Assembly: GCA_040005235.1 (NCBI GenBank) | Contig: JBDTZG010000044.1 | Coordinates: forward strand, 1-47,187 | DNA: 47,187 bases | Source: Acidobacteriota bacterium | GTDB lineage: Bacteria > Acidobacteriota > Thermoanaerobaculia > Multivoradales > UBA5704 | Direction of reading: 5' to 3' | In this document: positions 28,016 through 37,167 of the stretch, in pieces | How the letters are laid out: each line of letters opens with the position of its first letter | How positions within the stretch are numbered: the first letter of the stretch is position 1 | Position numbers and translations under genes: made by a program | The notes under the pieces: generated by a model | Seen by the model: the letters and a program-made list of their open reading frames with translations, nothing else | The model's database searches: none | Told to the model about the DNA's origin: nothing

Positions 28016-28589
28016 GCGGTTCCTCACTGGCGAGTCGGCGGTAGAGCCACGCCTTGGCCACCCGCCAGCGGCGCCGGACTGTGGGATTCGAGACGCCGAG
28101 CGCGGCTGCGATCTCGGCGTGCTCCAGACCGCCGAAGAAGCGCAGGTCCACGACCTTCGCCAACTCGCCGTCGACCTGGGCCAGCTCGGTCAGTGCTTCG
28201 TCCAACGCCACCAGATCCATGCCGCGCTGGGCGGCGAGATCGGGCACCTCGTCCAGCGCCAGCTGCCGCAACTCGCCGCCGTGCTTGCGGTAGCCGCGCC
28301 GACGGGCGTGATCGACCAGGATGCGCCGCATCATCTGCGCGGCGATGGCGAAGAAATGCGCCCGGTTGTGCCAGTCCACCTGTCGCTGGTCGACCAGGCG
28401 CAGGAAGGCCTCATGGATGAGGTCGTGGGTCTCGAGGGTGTGGCTCGCCCGCTCCCGGTTCAGGTAGCGGCCGGCCAGCCGGCGCAGCTCGCCGTAGACC
28501 AGGGGGATCAGCCGCTCGAGCGCCCGCTCGTCACCGCCGCGCCATGCGATGAGGAAACGGGTGACGCCGCCTGGAGATGGTTCGTTCAC
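28005..28589 (-). CDS. ECF sigma factor, TIGR02999/ECF43-like (kinase-associated)
   Basis: VTRFLIAWRGGD, LVYGELRRLA, HTL....LIHEAFLRL, HFFAIAAQMMRRILVDHAR, VDLRFFGG, WRVAKAWL. Confidence 0.92.
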   Translation of the reverse strand: MNEPSPGGVTRFLIAWRGGDERALERLIPLVYGELRRLAGRYLNRERASHTLETHDLIHEAFLRLVDQRQVDWHNRAHFFAIAAQMMRRILVDHARRRGYRKHGGELRQLALDEVPDLAAQRGMDLVALDEALTELAQVDGELAKVVDLRFFGGLEHAEIAAALGVSNPTVRRRWRVAKAWLYRRLASEEPHGH

Positions 28590-29812
28590 AACCGATCCGG
28601 CAACAGGACGCGGGCGAAAATGTCGCTGCGGCCGTTGCGGACGAGCGAACGGGTCCAGACGACGACTGCCGGACCTTGCCGGGGAGCGGCGATCGCCGGA
28701 TCGTATTCGTCGCCGGCCGTCGTGGTGTTGATCCGGAAATCCTGGGTGCGCGGCGTGCCATTGGCCGCGAAGGCTCGGCCGAAGATGCCGCGGCCGTCAC
28801 CGTCGCGGTCCTCCTCAGTCCAGGCGATGACGAAAGGTCCACCGGCCTGCAGAGCAGCCGCCGGCTCGAATTGATAGGACACCTGCTCGCTGCTGAGGCG
28901 GAACCACTGTCCCCGGGGCTTTCCGTCCGGAGCGAAACGCTGGGCCTCGACGTCCTCATCGCTCCAGGTCGCTACGAGGCTGCCGTCCTTGCCCATGGCG
29001 AGCGATGCTTCGAGACCGCTGCGGCTCGGTATGCCGCAGAAAATCGAGCCCAGACTCTTCAACTCGGAGGGCGCGCCGCCAGGAGGCATCTGCAGGAGAT
29101 AGCTCTGAAAGCAATACCCCGCCTCCTGGACCAGCGCGGCCAGAGTGCCGTCGGGTTTCAGCGCCAGGCTGCTCGGAAAGGCATAGATCGTGTCATCCCC
29201 GGCAGAGGTAGGCTCCTCGCCGGCCCGAAGGGTGATCTCCGGCGTCAGTGGACGCCCTTGGGCCGTGAAGATCCGCCCCACGGCATTGGTGTAGCGGACG
29301 TCATCGAAGGCGGGTACCGGAACCTCCGACACCCAGGCGACCGCGAACCGGCCATCCGATCCGATGGTGGCCACGGCGCTATACCGGTTGGAGGTGCTGG
29401 GAACGCTGGCCCGGATCCGCTTGCCCCGCGGCGTGCCATCGCGATTGAAACGGCGCGCGAAGACTATCGACTGAGGGGTATCGGGAATGCCCCCGGTCCA
29501 CACCACGAGAAAACTGCCGTCCCGGTCCGCGACGACCTGATCGACCCCAATCGCCCCCGCGAGGCGGATCTCTCCGCTCACCGGCCTCCCCTCGGAGTCG
29601 AGAAACCGGGCTGTGGTGGCTCCGGAATTCGACCAGACGACCACGAAGCCGCCGTCCGGGAAGGCGGCGATCGAAGGCGAGTAGGAAGAGGCTACCGTGT
29701 TGGTGTTGACCCGAAATTCCGGCCCCATCGGCACCGGCGGAAAAGCTGCCGCGGCAGGAATGGACGACGCGAGGACCACCAAGGCGAGGGCAACCAGGGT
29801 CTTCGAGCGCAT
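28586..29812 (-). CDS. Secreted repeat protein, probable beta-propeller
   Basis: Signal peptide; repeated 'EFRVNT...P.IA...GGFVVVW...I.AR.F...G.P' units; GTGA overlap with the sigma gene. Confidence 0.8.
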   Translation of the reverse strand: MRSKTLVALALVVLASSIPAAAAFPPVPMGPEFRVNTNTVASSYSPSIAAFPDGGFVVVWSNSGATTARFLDSEGRPVSGEIRLAGAIGVDQVVADRDGSFLVVWTGGIPDTPQSIVFARRFNRDGTPRGKRIRASVPSTSNRYSAVATIGSDGRFAVAWVSEVPVPAFDDVRYTNAVGRIFTAQGRPLTPEITLRAGEEPTSAGDDTIYAFPSSLALKPDGTLAALVQEAGYCFQSYLLQMPPGGAPSELKSLGSIFCGIPSRSGLEASLAMGKDGSLVATWSDEDVEAQRFAPDGKPRGQWFRLSSEQVSYQFEPAAALQAGGPFVIAWTEEDRDGDGRGIFGRAFAANGTPRTQDFRINTTTAGDEYDPAIAAPRQGPAVVVWTRSLVRNGRSDIFARVLLPDRL

Positions 29813-29981
29813 TGCGCGATCTCCATGAAGGGGTGCCACCGGAACAATTCCGGGATCGGATTCCCCTTTCTGGCGATGTGATTTTACAATGGCTGGTTCA
29901 TCAAGAGGCGGAAATTGATCCCACTGCTGCTGCTTTTCACCCTCGTCACGACTCCGCCCGTCCCGCCGCCGCTCTCAGGCC

Positions 29982-30413
29982 TCAATTACCGCCAGCTGTA
30001 TTTTCCCCTTTGCGGACGCTTATGCCGGGCGGATCGACAGCGGTCGGCAACTCGTACCAAATCTCGACTTCGTAGCCGTCCGGATCGAGGAAGAAGAGGT
30101 ACGGTTCGCCGGGGCAGAATTCGCCTTGGCTCCGGATCGTGCCGCCGGCCGCAGCCACGACCTCGGCCGCCGAATGGATGTCCGCGGGATCGACCAAGCG
30201 GAACCCAAAATGGGCGACGCCTCCGCTCGTACCGACCGCTCGCTCCCCCGTCTCGAAGACCAAGACGTCCCAACTCCCGGGAGTCTGCGCCTGAATGAAG
30301 CCAGGTTGCCGGTAGACAGCGACGCATCCGAAGACTTCCTGATAGAAGCGAAACGAGCGCTCCGGGTCGCGCACCGCGAGCGCGATGTGGGTCAGACCGT
30401 GCGTCCTCACCAT
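29982..30413 (-). CDS. VOC family (glyoxalase/bleomycin resistance) protein
   Basis: GLTHIALAVRDPERSFRFY, HFGF, YLFFLDPDGYEVEI; GGAGG RBS. Confidence 0.9.
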   Translation of the reverse strand: MVRTHGLTHIALAVRDPERSFRFYQEVFGCVAVYRQPGFIQAQTPGSWDVLVFETGERAVGTSGGVAHFGFRLVDPADIHSAAEVVAAAGGTIRSQGEFCPGEPYLFFLDPDGYEVEIWYELPTAVDPPGISVRKGENTAGGN

Positions 30414-30433
30414 GGCGCAAACCTCCCGCCAGC

Positions 30434-30653
30434 GACCAGACCGAAGCCGCGAAGTTGCTCGAGCAGGTACTCGGCCACCAGCTGGTTGGCGAGCGGGCTC
30501 AAGTGTGCCGGAATGAGATCGTCGACAAGCCTGCGCGCGAACCAAGCTCGACTGCCGCAACGGTCATCCCGAAGAAGAGCGCCACCAACAATATGCGGCG
30601 GGCAGGTATTCGGCGCATCGCGTCCGGGAGCCTAGCCCAACATCGGCGGTTTT
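30434..30653 (-). pseudogene. Internally deleted copy of the SGNH hydrolase gene at 22928-24133
   Basis: 30434-30526 matches 22949-23041 (85/93 by eye) and joins directly to 30526-30653, which matches 24041-24168; about 1 kb is missing. Confidence 0.9.
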
Positions 30654-30878
30654 CCCGGCGAGCTGCGCGGAGTGTGGAAGTCGACCGACGTCGGCACGAC
30701 CTGGCGCAACGTGTCCGATCGCTACTTCGAGGCCGGCTCGGTCGGCGCGATCGCGGTGTCCGACTCCAATCCGCGCGTCGTGTACGCCGGCACCGGCACC
30801 GCAGAGGGTACTCTTCATCAGTGACAGCTCCGGTATCGTCGATCTCGCCCTCGACCCCGCCGATCCGCGTGTGATGTA
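30651..30878 (+). pseudogene. Fragments of a BNR/VPS10-like glycosyl hydrolase gene
   Basis: GVWKSTDVGTTWRNVSDRYFEAGSVGAIAVSDSNPRVVYAGTG, then out-of-frame VLFISDSSGIVDLALDPADPRV and stops. Confidence 0.75.
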
Positions 30879-30917
30879 AACCGCCTCGTGGTCGGACGAT
30901 AGGGCGGTTAGCTTCGC

Positions 30918-31232
30918 TCATGGGCGGAGCTCGACCCGAGAAAACACCTCCAGCAGTTGTTCCTCGGTCGGAGGCCTCAACAATTTCAGGGCCAAGTCTT
31001 CAGCTTGGGGATACGTCGTCGCGTAGATGCGCTCGGCGGCGGCATCAAAGTCATAGGCTGTGTGCCGCGGCTCGATGCCGGGACCAAGCAGCAGCCAATG
31101 GGCATCGGGGTTTCCGACCGGCATGCCGACGCTGCCGGCATTCACTACGCGCACGGTCCCAATCTTTCGATTGAATGGCATATGGGTGTGGCCGCAGACG
31201 ACCAGGTCCACACCGAGCCCGGCGAAGATCTC
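30918..31232 (-). pseudogene. 3' half of a metallophosphoesterase gene
   Basis: VVCGHTH and VVNAGSVG present; N-terminal DxH/GD/GN motifs absent; in-frame stop just upstream. Confidence 0.8.
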
Positions 31233-31488
31233 CTACGCCGACTCGACTCACCCGCTTCGCGCGGCTCGCTATCCGTCGCCGATAGCCGCTATCCAGCGGT
31301 GTGCGACGTTCTACCGCAGGGCATTTCGTCGGCCCTGCTCGAAGATCGACTTTCGAGCAGGAGATTGCGCCGCAGCCGGGTAGGACGGGGATCGCGCCCG
31401 GGATGATCTCATCCGCGGGAGAAACTCAACACCATGCCGGGTTGACCTTTCGCCCGCCGAGATACGATGTCGCCCTGAGAGGAAACTG

Positions 31489-32403
31489 TTGATGCGCATC
31501 ACCATTCTCGGAGCGGGCGGCGTTGGGGGTACCTACGGCGGCCTCCTCGCCCGCTCCGGCCACGCGGTAACCCTGCTCGCCCGGGGCGCTCATTTGGACG
31601 CTTTGCGGACGCGGGGGTTGGAGGTCAGAACGCCGGAGGAGCGCTTCACCATGGCGGTCACGGCAGCCGGTGGCCTCGAGGAGTTGGGGCCGGCCGATCT
31701 CGCGATCGTGGCGGTCAAGGGCTATTCGCTCGCCGAGGTCGCTCCCGCCGCCCGGCGACTCGCCGAGCAGGGGGCGGACGTGGTTCCCCTGCTCAACGGC
31801 GTCGAAGCCGCGGATCGTCTGATCGCGAGCGGCGTTCCGGCCGACCGGGTGCTCGGCGGCATGACCGAGATCAGCGCGTCCCGCCTCGCCCCCGGCGTGG
31901 TCGAGCGCCGCAGCTCGTTTCAGCGCGTGGTCGTCGGGGAATTGGCCGGCGGACTCTCCGAGCGCGCGGAGCGAATCGCCGCCGCTTTCGTCGAAGCCGG
32001 GATCACCGCCAAGGCGTCGGACGACATCACGCTCGACCTCTGGCGAAAGCTCAGCTTCATCTCCCCCATGGCGGCCGCCTGCGGGCTCGCCCGCTCCCCG
32101 ATTGGAGCGATCCGCGACGCGCCGCTCGGCCGCCTGGTGATCGAACGGGCCGTCCGCGAGGTCAGCGCCGTAGGCCGGGCGCGCGGCATCGCCCTGACCG
32201 AAGAGGACATCGCGCGCACCCTCTCGTTCGTCGACGGCATGGCCCCGGGACTCAAACCGAGCTTTCTTCTCGATCTCGAATCGGGCGGGCCAAACGAGCG
32301 CGACGACCTCTTCGGCGCCGTCTCACGCCTCGGCCGCCAGGCGAGGGTCGAGACGCCGGTCCACGACGTGGCGACGGCGGCGCTGGGGGTGGAGCGGAGG
32401 TAG
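31489..32403 (+). CDS. panE: 2-dehydropantoate 2-reductase (ketopantoate reductase family)
   Basis: ILGAGGVG Rossmann motif, AVKGY, LLNG, WRKL, PSFLLDL..G..NE. Confidence 0.88.
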   Translation: MMRITILGAGGVGGTYGGLLARSGHAVTLLARGAHLDALRTRGLEVRTPEERFTMAVTAAGGLEELGPADLAIVAVKGYSLAEVAPAARRLAEQGADVVPLLNGVEAADRLIASGVPADRVLGGMTEISASRLAPGVVERRSSFQRVVVGELAGGLSERAERIAAAFVEAGITAKASDDITLDLWRKLSFISPMAAACGLARSPIGAIRDAPLGRLVIERAVREVSAVGRARGIALTEEDIARTLSFVDGMAPGLKPSFLLDLESGGPNERDDLFGAVSRLGRQARVETPVHDVATAALGVERR

Positions 32404-32428
32404 GCGGGGAGCTACCCCGACCCCTTGG

Positions 32429-32689
32429 TTGCTGAATCAGACCGAGCCGACTCGTCTGCCGGAGGAAGGCATCGTACCGCTCGATCAGTCAGTCCCCCGC
32501 GACCGCCAGCGGATCTCGACCTACCTGGAACGGCAGTTCCACGAAACACGTCAGCGTTTCGAGCAGTTGGAGGCGCAGGTCGGAAGCCTCCGAGAGGAAA
32601 CCCGGCAGCGCTTCGAGCAGCTGGACGAGTGGATCCGCGACGTCATGGACCTTATTCGCGAGCGCTTCGCGATACCATGCACCGTTTAG
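32429..32689 (+). CDS. Small coiled-coil protein or remnant with duplicated ETRQRFEQL motif
   Basis: Imperfect 29-bp direct repeat at 32543-32571 and 32597-32625; start uncertain. Confidence 0.4.
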   Translation: MLNQTEPTRLPEEGIVPLDQSVPRDRQRISTYLERQFHETRQRFEQLEAQVGSLREETRQRFEQLDEWIRDVMDLIRERFAIPCTV

Positions 32690-32770
32690 TTCGAGAGGCG
32701 GGCCGAGCTGGTGCTCGGCGGTCCCAGGAAAAAGATTTGAACTTCCGCGGTTCTCAAGGAGAATTCCCAC

Positions 32771-33238
32771 ATGAAAGCTAAGATCGTCCACGCCCTCCTA
32801 GCCTTCGTCCTCGTGCTCGCCGGCTTGACCGCTCCCCTCTTCGCTCACGGTTTCCCGGCGAACTGTGCCGGAACCTATCTGACCCAGGAGGGGGCCGGCG
32901 CGAGAGATTTCTGGACCCTGGAAGCCGACGGAACGTTCTTCGGCACCACCTCGACCCAGCCGCTCTTCAACTTTTCCAGCCAACAGGGAACTTGGAAGAA
33001 AGACGGCAACGAAGGCGCCAAGGGGATCCTGCTCGCGTTCGTGTTTGACGACGACAAGGCGCTCGTAAACATCGCCCGCATCGACATCTCCCTGGAGACG
33101 GTAGGCAACGGCTGCAACCACGTCGCCGGTTCGCTCGAGGTGCGCCTTTTCGCCACCGACGAAGATCCCTTAGGCCCCGGCGCGACCAGCGTGCCTCCCG
33201 CCTTCACCGATACCTTCACCGGGAACCGTGTACGGTGA
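32771..33238 (+). CDS. Secreted hypothetical beta-rich protein
   Basis: AAGGAG RBS; signal peptide ending LFA; one Cys pair. Confidence 0.8.
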   Translation: MKAKIVHALLAFVLVLAGLTAPLFAHGFPANCAGTYLTQEGAGARDFWTLEADGTFFGTTSTQPLFNFSSQQGTWKKDGNEGAKGILLAFVFDDDKALVNIARIDISLETVGNGCNHVAGSLEVRLFATDEDPLGPGATSVPPAFTDTFTGNRVR

Positions 33239-33282
33239 GAAGGAAGTTGCTCGCTTGAGAAGGCATTGAGCGCGCGTAAGGG

Positions 33283-33336
33283 CGAGCTCTAGTAGCGCGA
33301 GGAGCACGTGGATGTCGAGTAGCGCAGCCCGAGGAC
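33283..33336 (-). pseudogene. Possible N-terminal remnant of a VapC/PIN toxin gene
   Basis: Reads RAALLDIHVLLALLEL, resembling the PIN start (ALLDVNVLIAL); no rest of domain. Confidence 0.35.
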
Positions 33337-33387
33337 GGGTGATCTGCTTTCCCGGCGCCAGTCAACGCCGGGCGAACCGCGGCGATG

Positions 33388-34107
33388 CTACGGCGCGATC
33401 CCCAGGATTCCTCCGGCGAGCGACCACAGCGCCCGGCCGTAGGCGGGCGCTGCCAAGGCCTTGAGCAGGAGGTCGGCGGCGATGCCGGCGGCTACGACGG
33501 CGAAGAGGCGGGCTTCTACCCGTTCGAACGGCCAGCGGCGGCGGAGCAGGAGGGGCCGGGCGAGAAGGGCTCCGAGCAGGACGAAGGCCGCGACGCGGAT
33601 GACCGACCAGGGGACCCAGGCCACGAGGGAGCCGAGCAGCGGATGGTGCGAAGCGGCGGCGTAGGAGCCCACGAAGTAGCTCATGTAGCCAGTGAGCGCG
33701 GCGCCCAGGACGAGACCCAGATAGCCGGCGGAGAGATAGGTAAGCAGGGCGAACAGGCTCAGGTGTAGCAGGTGGATCGGCAGGAACTGGCGCGGCGAGT
33801 TTTCCGGCGCGATGCCGGTCAGGATCCAGCCGAACATCTCTTTGCGGTAGGGCTCGCCGTTCAGGATGCCGTGCGCCGCCGTCTCGGGCGCGAGCTGGGT
33901 GAGGAGGATGACGCCGAGCGAGAGCAGGACCGCCCAGATCATCCCGGCGAGCCAGGCACCGCGCACATCGCCGGATTTCACCCGGGCTTGAAACGTCGGG
34001 TAGAGCGTGAGTGGCGCGAGGACCGGCAGCAGCCAGGTGCCCCCGGGGACGTAGGCGAGCAGCACGAGGAGCGGCGTCGCGAACAGGGCCATCTGAGCGG
34101 GGCTCAC
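33388..34107 (-). CDS. Multi-pass membrane protein of unknown function
   Basis: About 7 hydrophobic segments; GTGA overlap with the SDR gene. Confidence 0.8.
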   Translation of the reverse strand: MSPAQMALFATPLLVLLAYVPGGTWLLPVLAPLTLYPTFQARVKSGDVRGAWLAGMIWAVLLSLGVILLTQLAPETAAHGILNGEPYRKEMFGWILTGIAPENSPRQFLPIHLLHLSLFALLTYLSAGYLGLVLGAALTGYMSYFVGSYAAASHHPLLGSLVAWVPWSVIRVAAFVLLGALLARPLLLRRRWPFERVEARLFAVVAAGIAADLLLKALAAPAYGRALWSLAGGILGIAP

Positions 34108-34820
34108 AGCGCGCCTCCCGCGGGGCCCAGGTGGATCTCTTCCAACAAGGTGGATTCCGGCGCGTCGAGCGCCCAGGCGACCGCCCGGGCGACTTCCGAA
34201 GGCGGCACCATGCTCGCGCGGTTCCAGTCGCCGGGCATGCCGTCCCAGATCGGCGTATCGGTGGCGCCGGGAAAGAGTGCCGAGATGCGGATACCGCTGC
34301 CAGTCAGCTCTTCACGCAGGGCGGCGATCATTCCGTCGAGCCCCCATTTGGTCGCGCAGTAGCCCGACCAGCCAGGGAACCCACGCCGCGCCGCGGCGGA
34401 GAGGAGCGGAAAAATCCAACCGCGCCGCCGTTCCTTCATCCCCGGCAGGAACGCGCGCAGCAGGTGGAACGTGCCGCGGAGGTTGACGTCGAGCATCGCG
34501 GCAAACGCCTGCGGTTCGAGCGACTCCAGCGGGCCGATCGTCGCGACGCCGGCCGCCGGCACCAGAATCTCGCCGCCGCCCCAACGAGATTCGATCTGCG
34601 CCGCCGCCGCGGCGACCTCGGCCGGGTCCGCGACGTCGCACGAGCGCGCCAGCCCCGCCCCTCCGGCGAGGGCGAGGGTTTCTTCGAGAGGCGGCAGCCG
34701 CCGGCCGAGCAGTGCGAGGGGATAACCGCGCCGGCCCAGCTCGATCGCGATCTCGCGGCCGATGCCGGAACCGGCGCCGGAGACGACGGCCGGGAGGTGG
34801 AAAGGGGTGGTGTTCGGCAT
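34104..34820 (-). CDS. Short-chain dehydrogenase/reductase
   Basis: SGAGSGIG, catalytic YCATK, PGATDT. Confidence 0.93.
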   Translation of the reverse strand: MPNTTPFHLPAVVSGAGSGIGREIAIELGRRGYPLALLGRRLPPLEETLALAGGAGLARSCDVADPAEVAAAAAQIESRWGGGEILVPAAGVATIGPLESLEPQAFAAMLDVNLRGTFHLLRAFLPGMKERRRGWIFPLLSAAARRGFPGWSGYCATKWGLDGMIAALREELTGSGIRISALFPGATDTPIWDGMPGDWNRASMVPPSEVARAVAWALDAPESTLLEEIHLGPAGGAL

Positions 34821-34904
34821 GGGGGCAGACTTTACCAGCGGAAAGTAGAGACGCCTCAGTACGCCACCACGAACGAACCGGGTCCACCGCCGTCGGGGCG
34901 TCTC

Positions 34905-35357
34905 CTACCCCGCCGGCTGCTCCGCCGCAGCGTGTCCCCCGTCCTCAGGTCCTTTCAGGTCCTCGAACACGATGCCGATATTGCTCGCGCCGCTCGCCCG
35001 GCAGAGATCGAGAAAATCCGCGACCTGACCGTAAGGCAGCTCGCCGTCGGCGGCGAGGAAGACGACCTGGGTCGAACGGGTAGCGAGCACTTCCTTCAGT
35101 TTCGCCGCGAGCTTGAGGCGCGGGATTTCGAGCGAATTCAAGTAGATCCGGCCCCCGCCGTCGAGACGCAAGATTAGCTGCGGCTCCGGCGGCACGGCGG
35201 CGCCTTTCTGCGTCGGCGGCACCTGGACCGGGTGGCCCAGCTGGATCACCGGGGTCAGGAGCATGAAAATGATCAGAAGCACCAAGACGACATCGACCAA
35301 CGGCGTGATGTTGATCTCGCTACGCATACCCCGGGAAGGGCCGGTACCTGCGTCCAT
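34905..35357 (-). CDS. exbD: ExbD/TolR biopolymer transport protein
   Basis: SEINITPLVDVVLVLLIIFM; AD..LPYG motif; GGAGG RBS. Confidence 0.88.
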   Translation of the reverse strand: MDAGTGPSRGMRSEINITPLVDVVLVLLIIFMLLTPVIQLGHPVQVPPTQKGAAVPPEPQLILRLDGGGRIYLNSLEIPRLKLAAKLKEVLATRSTQVVFLAADGELPYGQVADFLDLCRASGASNIGIVFEDLKGPEDGGHAAAEQPAG

Positions 35358-35538
35358 GATCGTCACCTCCTGAAGCGATTGGACCGATACAAAGGCGCTG
35401 CGGTTCCCGGCTTTTCAAACCCCATCGCAGGCTGGTTGTACAGACGCCCCGCTTTCCAACCACCAACCTGTCCGGGTGCCGGCCGTCGGGGCGTCTCCAG
35501 CGCGGGATAGACTGCGGCCCTCTCGGAGGATCAACCGC

Positions 35539-36981
35539 GTGGCCATCAGTCCGGATCGTAGCCGCCAGCCGCTGTCGAGCATCGATTTCGCCTGGCTGCG
35601 GATGGACGAGCCGACGAACCTGATGTTGATCAACGGCGTGCTGACGCTCGCGGCGCCGATTGCGATCGAGCGTTTGCGGGCGGTGATCGTCGAACGCCTG
35701 CTGCCGATCGAACGCTTTCGCCAGCGGGTGGTGGTCGCGCCGGGCGGAGCGTCGCGCTGGGAGATCGCGCCGGATTTCGAGCTCGACCGGCACGTCTTTG
35801 CGGTCACCCTCCCCGATCCGGGCGGCGATCCGGAGTTGACCGAGGTGGTGAACCCCCTGCTCGGCGAGCCCCTCGACCCCTCGCGGCCGCTCTGGGAGTT
35901 TCGGCTGATCCACAACTATCAGGGCGGATCGGTGCTGATGGGCCGCATCCACCATGCGGTGGGCGACGGCATGGCGTTGATGCTGGTGCTCCTGTCGCTC
36001 ACCGACCGCCACCCGGACGCGCGAGCGGCGGTGCCGTACGTCGATGCCGCATCGGTGCAAAAGGCGGTCGCGGCTCCCCCGCCGGGCAACCCGTTCACCC
36101 GAATCTTTCAGCAGGCGGAGCCAGACATCGCCGGGATTCGCTCCGAGGCCGAGCAGCTGATGCCGGAGGGGATGAAGCTGCTGCTCGCCCCCAACGAGGC
36201 GTTCCGCTCGCACCGATGGCTGACCGCGATTTCTTCCGCCGGTTCGTTCCTCCGTCTGGTAGCCCGCTGGCCCGATCCGAAGACGGTGTTCAAAGGCCCG
36301 CTTGGGGTGGCGAAGAAAGCCGCCTGGTCCCAGCCGCTCAGCGTCGCCGAGGTCAAGGCGCTCGGCCAGGCGTTCGGCGGCTCGATCAACGACGTGCTGC
36401 TCACCGCAATGGCGGGCGGCCTCCGCCGCTACTTGCTCGGCCGCGGCGAGCGGGCGGAGCGGGTGTCGTTCCGCGCCGCGATGCCGGTCAACCTGCGGGG
36501 TTTGGAAGAGATGGCGGCGCTTGGCAACCGGTTCGGTTTGGTGTTCCTTTCGATCCCGGTGGGGATCGCCGACCCGGTCGAGCGCCTGGCCGAGCTGCGC
36601 CGGCTGTCGAAGAAGTTGCGGCTGTCGACCGAACCGGTGGTGGTCTACGGCATCCTGCGCCTGCTCGGCAAGCTGCCGCATTTCATCCAGCGAATGGTGG
36701 TGTCGATCTTCGCGACCAAGACCACCGCGGTGATGACCAACGTGCCCGGCCCGCGCGAAGAGCTGTACCTCGCCGATGTCCCCATCCGCGACATCTTCTT
36801 CTGGGTACCCCAATCGGGGCGCGTGGGCCTGGGGATCAGCATCTTCAGCTACAACGGCCACGTCCGCCTGGGGATCGGCACCGACGCGGGCCTGGTCCCC
36901 GATCCGGAGCGGATCGTCGAGGAGTTCCACCACGAATTCGAGGACATGCAGCGGCTGGCGCGAGAGAAGAGCGCGGGTTAG
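35539..36981 (+). CDS. Wax ester synthase/diacylglycerol acyltransferase (WS/DGAT)
   Basis: HHAVGDG catalytic motif, LDPSRPLWE, SINDV, PVNLR, TNVPGP; GGAGG RBS with GTG start. Confidence 0.93.
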   Translation: MAISPDRSRQPLSSIDFAWLRMDEPTNLMLINGVLTLAAPIAIERLRAVIVERLLPIERFRQRVVVAPGGASRWEIAPDFELDRHVFAVTLPDPGGDPELTEVVNPLLGEPLDPSRPLWEFRLIHNYQGGSVLMGRIHHAVGDGMALMLVLLSLTDRHPDARAAVPYVDAASVQKAVAAPPPGNPFTRIFQQAEPDIAGIRSEAEQLMPEGMKLLLAPNEAFRSHRWLTAISSAGSFLRLVARWPDPKTVFKGPLGVAKKAAWSQPLSVAEVKALGQAFGGSINDVLLTAMAGGLRRYLLGRGERAERVSFRAAMPVNLRGLEEMAALGNRFGLVFLSIPVGIADPVERLAELRRLSKKLRLSTEPVVVYGILRLLGKLPHFIQRMVVSIFATKTTAVMTNVPGPREELYLADVPIRDIFFWVPQSGRVGLGISIFSYNGHVRLGIGTDAGLVPDPERIVEEFHHEFEDMQRLAREKSAG

Positions 36982-37167
36982 CCGACGCATCGGGCCCTAC
37001 AAGTTTTCCTGTGTGTAAAGAACACGCGGCAGGGCGAAATCCAACGACTCCGGCGCACAGCGAAACCACCAATTTGGGTCTTGACTGGCCCCGGCTCTAG
37101 GTCTAGGGTGTCGACACCCGTGTTTCGCCCGGTCTGCCACTCGGTCCAGCAACATAAGGAGAGTTCT

